Positions 53,368 through 61,100 of a stretch of DNA of 62,830 nt are shown in pieces. Within the stretch, counting starts at the first letter, position 1. The number at the start of each line of letters is the position of its first letter. The DNA lies in contig JADFYJ010000004.1 of assembly GCA_015233115.1 (NCBI GenBank), positions 1-62,830 of the forward strand. Direction: 5' to 3'. This DNA is from Candidatus Omnitrophota bacterium (GTDB lineage Bacteria > Omnitrophota > Gorgyraeia > Zapsychrales > Zapsychraceae). The position numbers and the translations under genes were made by a program. The notes beneath the pieces were generated by a model. It was given only the letters and a program-made list of their open reading frames with translations. It was not told where the DNA came from and did no database searches.

Positions 53368-54048
53368 ATGGACCGACATTTAGATGATGAGTTAAAAAAA
53401 TTGAATGAAGATCTTTTGACCATGGCTACATTGACGGAAGAGGCGATCCATAAAGCCATGGAAGCGCTCAAAGCACTGGATAAAGATTTGGCGCGGGATG
53501 TGATTATTGGCGATGAACGTATCGACGAATATGAGATTTCGATCGAAGAGCATGCGATTGAATTACTGGCACTCTTTCAGCCTATGGCCATTGATTTACG
53601 TTTTATTACGACAGCAGGCATGCGTATGAATTCAGAATTAGAAATGATCGCTGATTTGGTTGTCAATATTTGCCAGCGAACTGTTCAATTATCTGATATG
53701 CCTCAATTAAAAGTTTTAGTCAATATTCCTAAACTGGGCGATAATGCCAAATGGATGGTGAAAAGCGCGATTGACGCGTTTGTAAACCGCGATGAAGAAT
53801 TGGCCAAAAAAGTAATTTTATCGGATAAAGAAGTCGATGAGCTACGAACCATCATTGTGCATGAGCTTATCAACAATTATATTGTAAATGATGGAACAAC
53901 AGCGCCGAGAGCCATTCCATTAATTTTAATCGCCCGTGATTTAGAGCGCATGTGCGATCACGCTGTGGCGATCGCGCAAGACGTGATTTATATGCTCCGC
54001 GCCAAAATGGTGCGGCATCATCCGGAGAGGTTGGAAAGCCAAGATTAA
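53368..54048 (+). CDS. phoU: Phosphate signalling protein PhoU
   Basis: Duplicated PhoU helical repeats (D.RIDE..., ARDLERMCDHA). Confidence 0.9.
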   Translation: MDRHLDDELKKLNEDLLTMATLTEEAIHKAMEALKALDKDLARDVIIGDERIDEYEISIEEHAIELLALFQPMAIDLRFITTAGMRMNSELEMIADLVVNICQRTVQLSDMPQLKVLVNIPKLGDNAKWMVKSAIDAFVNRDEELAKKVILSDKEVDELRTIIVHELINNYIVNDGTTAPRAIPLILIARDLERMCDHAVAIAQDVIYMLRAKMVRHHPERLESQD

Positions 54049-54050
54049 GT

Positions 54051-54518
54051 ATGAGAACTTTATTAAATATTATAATTATTTTAGTTATATCCAGTGCTGT
54101 TTTGATTTTTGGTATACAACGAGAGAAAAAAACATCAGCCGTTTATAGTTTGGGACTTAATGAACAACAGCAAAAAATTGTTCTCTTAGAAAAGGACGTT
54201 CGATTTTTAAAACAACAGTTTGATGAACAAAAAAATATTTTAGCAGGCGAAAAAAATAAGCGTCAACAGTTGGAAAAAGAAAATAAAATTTTTAAGAGCG
54301 CGGTTTTTGATATCAATACCAGAATGGATGTGATCAATCAAGATATGAAAGGCTGGCTCAAGGATTATATAGCTGTCTTAGCCGGAATTGATAAACGGAC
54401 TGCCGTTTCCGAAAAACAATTAAAAGACCTTTGGGAAAAATTAAATTCTGAAAACATTGCCGATCTTAATTATAAAATACTTACCCTACAAGCCGCTGTT
54501 GATAAAATAATAAAATAA
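54051..54518 (+). CDS. Membrane-anchored coiled-coil protein
   Basis: ATG 54051 (MRTLLNIIIILVISSAVLIFG TM), then a Q/K/E-rich coiled coil. Confidence 0.4.
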   Translation: MRTLLNIIIILVISSAVLIFGIQREKKTSAVYSLGLNEQQQKIVLLEKDVRFLKQQFDEQKNILAGEKNKRQQLEKENKIFKSAVFDINTRMDVINQDMKGWLKDYIAVLAGIDKRTAVSEKQLKDLWEKLNSENIADLNYKILTLQAAVDKIIK

Positions 54519-54639
54519 TGGGCACCATTTATTTTATTCACAAATAATTTACTCGGACATAACCAATAAATCATAATTCCCCGATATACTTGCATTATTA
54601 GTACCAATTTATTAATCAAAATTCCAAAAGGGGGGAACA

Positions 54640-54906
54640 ATGATTAAGTCAACTCATGATGATTTTCTTAAGGAGATTCAAAAAATTTCGCGTAAGATGG
54701 AGTGCCGCTGGGAAAAGAACGAAGAAATTATGACAAAATTTAATGAAGATTCCATTAAAGATTATTTGAAAGACCGGAAACATCCCTGGTGTTCGGTAGA
54801 TGACTCTTGGCCTATCGGAGACATGAATTTTTATTATATATTAGGAATTAATAGTCTGTTGGATAGTGAAAAAAGAGGAGGGGAGAAATGTCAAAATTCA
54901 TGTTAA
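54640..54906 (+). CDS. Hypothetical protein
   Basis: 88-aa ORF with a GGGGGG RBS-like tract. No recognisable motif. Confidence 0.3.
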   Translation: MIKSTHDDFLKEIQKISRKMECRWEKNEEIMTKFNEDSIKDYLKDRKHPWCSVDDSWPIGDMNFYYILGINSLLDSEKRGGEKCQNSC

Positions 54907-55049
54907 CCAGCGAAGAAGCCGATATCATGTCAAGCGATGAAAGTGGGCTTTTTTTAACCCCTGATAAGGTTGTTGACGGATTAAGATTGGATAGAATCAC
55001 ACAATACCTAATCCAAGAACAAAAGTTTAGTGCCAGTTATCTAGAATAA
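54888..55049 (+). CDS. Hypothetical small protein (53 aa, not in track)
   Basis: GAGGAGGGGA RBS, ATG 54888, TAA 55047-55049. Overlaps the previous ORF by 19 nt. Confidence 0.25.
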   Translation: MSKFMLTSEEADIMSSDESGLFLTPDKVVDGLRLDRITQYLIQEQKFSASYLE

Positions 55050-55127
55050 TTGGCGCAGGAGGGGACTTCACACAGAATTTACATCCGCATAACTATTTAT
55101 TCATATCTGTCGTCTATACTTTACTAC

Positions 55128-58100
55128 ATGAATCTATATCGGTGTCTGATTTCGACTGTGAGTTGGCGCCCGGCATTTGTCCGTCGGGGTTTGGTCGTTT
55201 GTAATAAATTATTTCGGGGTCGAGATCTGACACCATTTATGCGTGTTTTGTGTTGTTTTGTTTTAATGGCTTATGCCACTAACATCATAGGGGCAGATTT
55301 GATTGGTTTACAATCTGCCAATGCTCAAACGACTCTCGTGATCCCACAGGTTGCGTTACTTTCACCCTCGGTGTCTTTTTCTCTTCCGACTTTAAAAGGC
55401 ATTGCTTTAGACGCGGCTGATCCGTTTAAAATGAATTTTATCGTTGAAGCGGGGAATAATTCGCTGGTCCAACAAGACCAGATTAAACAACTCACCCAAT
55501 ATTTTTTGACGTTTTTGACCATTCCAGAAAAAGATTTGTGGGTTAATTTATCTCCGCATGAATCGAACCGCATTATTACGGCTGATTTGGAGTCTACCAG
55601 CGTCGGGCGAGATATGTTGGTGCAAGATTATATTTTAAAGCAACTGGCTGCATCATTGACATACCCTGATCAGGATACCGGGGAAAAATTTTGGGAACAG
55701 GTGTCAGAAAAGATTAAGAAAAAATATGGAGATATTAATATTCCAGGGAACACCTTCAGCAAAGTTTGGGTGGTCCCGGAAAAGGCTGTAGTGTATGAAG
55801 AAAAAGGTTCCGCGTTTATTGGTGAAAGCCGTTTAAAAGTTATGCTCAAAGAGGAGGATACAGCACAAATTAATCAGTTGTACTCTGGGATCGCGCGTGA
55901 AGTGATTATTCCCGAGCTGGAACGTGAGGTAAATGAAGGCCGTCATTTCGCTCAATTACGTCAGATGTTCAATTCTCTTATTTTAGCTGTTTGGTTTAAA
56001 CGCCACCTTGAGAAAAATATTGTTAATGTGGTTTATTCAGACCAAAAAAAAATATCCGGCATTGAATTGGATGAGAAAAAAATTGGAGAGAAAGTTTACG
56101 CGCAATATATGAATGCGATAAAAAAAGGGGTTTATAATATTGTCCGGGAGGATTATGATCCCAATACGCAGAAAATCATTCCGAAAAAATATTATTCCGG
56201 CGGGTTTTCTTTTGGCAATTCAGAACAATGGGAACAAGTAGAGCCTTCGTCGTCTTTTAAAGGCAGACTTTACAGCTTATTTCATAAATGGGGCAAAAGT
56301 CTTTATCGCTTTACTGTTTCATTGATTCCGAAAGGTATTTCAAAGAAAAGCCTTTTGACCGCAGTCATCGCCGCTGGTTTAATGGCAGCCTCGATGAGTA
56401 TTCAGGCGAAAGCGGTAGAGACGGGGACACGGTTTTCAAATCTTCCAAACAGCGCTCATGTTGTGAAGGCCGATCATGTTTCGTTCAGTGAGCGTTTCGC
56501 ACAGTTTAAAGCTGAACATGGGGAAGATATCCAGAAAGCTTCAGAAAACCTTGATCAAAATTATGTGCGTCACTTAGAGCAGGGCGATTATGACGTTGTC
56601 ACAGATAACGGCGTTCAGGAAACAGAGTTAAAAGCCAATCTGGAAACATTAGGTGAGTCCTGGAATAAAGTAAAAAGTGACGCGACAGAGGTTGTTGCGT
56701 TGCAGGAATTCTTGGGAGTAAAAGCGGATGGGAAAATCGGTTCTCTTCAGACGGATCCAAGATTAAAACAGGCAGCGGAAGAAGTAAGAAATGCGCCAAC
56801 CGCAGAGGCATCAGAGTCTCGGGTGATACCTGCTCTAGAAAATATAGCTAACGTTCACCAAACAGTTCAGGAACAAATACCAACACCAGAAATCACATCA
56901 ACGCCGACAGCCATGCCAACGCCAGAAGTCAAGCAGGCACCAAGGGTTGCTCCAGCGCCCCAAATTACACGGGCACCCCAAGTGACTTTGGCTCCAATTT
57001 TTACTCCCGTACCAAAAGTTGCGCAGGTAACAAACGTATTACCCACATCTGTGCCCACACCAGTAGATACAGTAACTACTATCAGCCAGATAAGTAAACA
57101 AACGAACATTGTGGGAAGTCCTTGTACATCACCAGAATGCAAACCTGATAGGGACTCAACAGTATTGCCGTTCGCTTTTAATCAACCCTATGTTTTTTTC
57201 GGCGGCGTTCACGCCATTTTAGATGACGGCATTATTAAATCACCGGCAGGGGGAATTATAAGGGGCTTGGATGGACGTAAAACATATTACAATAATGGGA
57301 GTCGTGTATTATTGATAGTCCCAGAAAAAATGGATAAAGAAAGAGAAGCGTTATTACAACAAAAAATCGTTGAAGAAAGAAGGCTTAATGATTTAAAACA
57401 ATTAAGAGTTTCCGGTTCTGCCACAGACGCGGAAATCAACCCGGTGCAGACTAGAATTAATGAGCTTGAGCAAAAATTAGCTCAAATGGATCAGGAAATA
57501 TTCGCGATAGACGCTCCTTGTGCTTTGGGAGTAAACGGAGAAATTTTAGTTTCAGAAGGAATGACGATAAGGAAGGGGACCGAGGTCTTTAAATATCTTA
57601 ATCATGAAAGAATTCGGATTACTTTAAAAGAAAATCTTCCTTCTAATATCACCTATTTGGGAAATATGAAATTGAGGATTAACACAGAGCCGGTCAAAAA
57701 TATTGATGAAGTGCGGCTTCAACCGAATCCGGAGAAAAACGGAACTATTGCTTCTTTTGTCGTCATTCCTGCTTCACCCATTTCGGCAGGTGAGGTGCAA
57801 ATGCATCTTGAAATTTTACCTCCCAATATTTCAGATAATAATTTTGCTTCTGTTCAGGAACAGTACCGAGGATTAAGTTCAATTCATCATTTGACGGAGC
57901 GGAGGGTTCCTGTTTCAGCTGACGGGACGGCCAAACGTTTTGTGAATCCGGGTGATTCTGTTAAAGCAGGTCAAGTCATAGGAAGAATCGAACTTGAAAA
58001 ATATCAAGAGCAATTAAAAACAGCCATTTCAACTTATAATAGTATACAAAAAGATTTAAATTTAGCTTCTCAGGATGCCATAGGAATTGTGCATATTACC

Positions 58101-61100
58101 CGAGATAAAAGCGCGGATTTAGAGGCTAAAAAAGCTTCTGTCCTAGGCGAAATCAAAGCTTTTCAAACTCAAATTTCTAGACTCACAATTGTCTCCCCCA
58201 TAAACGGAATAGTTTCAGATGTTTCGTGGGCAAGTTCATTTAAAGAAGGCGATGAATTTGTGCGCATAAAAACTGGTGAGGCAATTGTCGGAGATATGGA
58301 TAAAGGTTCTTCTTGGGTTATTTTGCCAAAAAGTTTAAACCTTAAAGAGGGAGATCCGGTTTTATTTGAAACGCTTTCCGGACAGCGATTACCTGGAAAA
58401 ATAATGACTGCCCCCGACCAAACACCTCAAAGTATAGAGATGAATTTGGGGAATGATGTTCAGGCCGTTCAGATTACGATCTACGATGAAGATTTAATTA
58501 ATAATGGAAAAAGTTCGTTAGGCGAAAATTTGCCGGGGTCAATTATTGTTCCAGCCGAAAATGATAAAGAAAAAATTAAATCAGCGCTTAAAAGAATAGA
58601 CGAAAAAATCCAGGAAAATGACCGCCAATATAATGAAAGTTTGAAAAGACAACAGCCGGAAGCTTTGGTTTATTGGGAAGATTCAGCACATAGCGAGACG
58701 CCTGTCAATCAGCCGGCTATTACACATAGCACATTGGTTCCTCAAGGACAAAGGGTTACAGTTGAAGATGTGGCAAAGGGTGTTGGGGGCAATTTTTTGC
58801 AGATCGGCGATCTAACTCTGGAAGTGCTGCAAAAACAATCAGCCGAGAAATTGCCGGATGCCGTGAGTGTGGCTTTGCAAGGCAATATCATTTTTCAGAA
58901 TGGCAAATTAACTTATAGCGGTGGATTGAACGCGGTTTACCAAGGCGTTACAGCAGGTATTTCAACCGGTAATGCTTATGCGGCGGCACTGCCTATTATT
59001 TACCAAGTCGAAGGAAATCTGGTTAGTCTTATTTCCGGACAAAAAGTTAAAGAAAAAGAATTGGCCTTGTTAAGGACCGAGATTGCTCAGCATCATATGG
59101 AAAAAGAAGTCGCTTCGCTTATCAATAAAGCAACCGCGTTGTTGATAGATATAGGTCGTGAAGAGCAACAGATTAACATTCTAAAGGATTTGGTTTCAGA
59201 TTTAGAAAAAGCTTTAGGCGTAAGTACAGCGAGAGAAGCAGGTGGTTTTTCGAGCAGTGCCAATACCAATGCCATCAGGCAACAAATTGAAAATACTCAT
59301 TCACAAATTCTGGAATTAGAAAAAAATAACCGGCAATCGGCAATCGAACTTAACAATATGATCGGTTCTGGTTTGAAAACAGAAATTTCTCCTGTTTTAC
59401 ATTGGGATGGACAATTTCCGGTTTTGGGAGCTGATTTGGAACAAAAATGGCAAGATTGGTTGATGAGTGATCATAGCGCGAATTATACCTTGCGGGAAGC
59501 GCAAGCGTTGTTGAGGGCGATTTTAAAAACCTGTGAATTGCAAAGACAAGGGGATTTGCCTTCAGCGGATTTATTGGCTCTTTATCTTTCAGGCAGCGCT
59601 TCCAATCCTCAGCAAAATATTGTCAGCGGAGAAATGCTAAAAGTGCCTTCCGCGGGCGGCAATACGGTTTTTGGCGTTAGAATTCCAATTCCCAAGCTAC
59701 CTTTTTTTACAACCAAAGAACAAATAAATGAACAAATTATCAGTCAGGAGGAACAGCGGGCTCGTCTGCATTTAGATTCTATCAAACAAGAACTTCAGAA
59801 ACAATTTGTAGAAACAATATCGGAATTAAGGGATTTAAGCCGGCAGATTATTGATGCGCAGTCGGCCTATCAAACGGCCTATGAATCTTGGAGACAAAAG
59901 GCTATCCGCACGGAAGGAATGGGGGCCAGTGGAGAGAGTATTTATACCCAAGACGCGTTATATAATGAACGCGTCCACATCGCGCAAATGTTACAAAAAG
60001 GGGTAGATCTTAAGGCCCAATATTTAAAAGCAGAAGAAAAAATAAGAGAAATGGGACTTTTAAAGCCTGATCAGACTATCGTGAAGCCATCCGCCGGTAA
60101 ATCTGGCTTGGAAACAGTTCCTTCTCGATCTTACCAGAATAAAGAAAAGTTATTAGCTATGCCGTCCAGCCCTAATCGATTATCGTCCGGCGGGAAAAAT
60201 CATGGCCCCAGTGAGTTCCTGTCAGCAGGGGTGGTTATCCTTCCGGCGGATCATGAATATTGGCTCACGGTAATGGCTCAAACCGCGCCTGGCGCTGATG
60301 ATTCGCGATATAACGCGATTGAGCAAATCCTTATGAGTCAACCCGATATAAGAATGCGTAACCAGGCCTTGGATTCTTTTTTGGAATTCCAGAATGATTC
60401 GACCTTTGCGAATGAAGTAGCAAAAATTGTTTTGAAATCTCCTTATCCCGACGTGACCCAAAAACTTCTTTTATTTATGGTGGATCGTGAAGATCATGAT
60501 GTCCGTTTTTTTATGAGCGTTATTAATCAATCCATAAAAGATAAAAAATTTGTTCTGGCTAATTTAGGGTTTCAGATAATGAGTGATATGTTGACCCAGG
60601 ACGCGACCATTTTTGATAAATTAAGTGAATTAAACATCCATAATCGTTCAACGGTCAGCAGGCCAATTTCAGTCGAAGATTCCAGAAAAATTTGGCTGAA
60701 CTTTATGTCGCGTTTACCGGATGATTCATTAGCTAAAATGCGGTTATTACAAGGCAATTATTGGAATGACGATCAGCTGGCAAATATTTATAATACCCTC
60801 AAATTAAGTCAAGAACCACAGGCAGAATCATTGGCCAAGTTGATCGATGCTGAAATTTTACGGCGGCAGAAACTACAAAATATTGTTGAAGTTTTTAGAT
60901 TGGGACCTTTTCAGTCTCCGGAATCCATTGATGTGACCCCACATTATTTGTATCAAAAATTTGCTGAAGAAAACCGGGCTTTTTTAAGCACTTCGCCACA
61001 ATGGAACGAACCAGGTGATTGGACTTTTACTGATTTGAACCGGCGAGCTAAAACGGCCAGAGATAATTTAATTTCTGGCAATCCGGCGCCGGAGTCTTCG

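Noticed and set aside
56288-56491. 67-aa + strand ORF and the short minus-strand ORFs between 55325 and 62806
   Set aside because: All are nested in alternative frames of the uninterrupted giant ORF.
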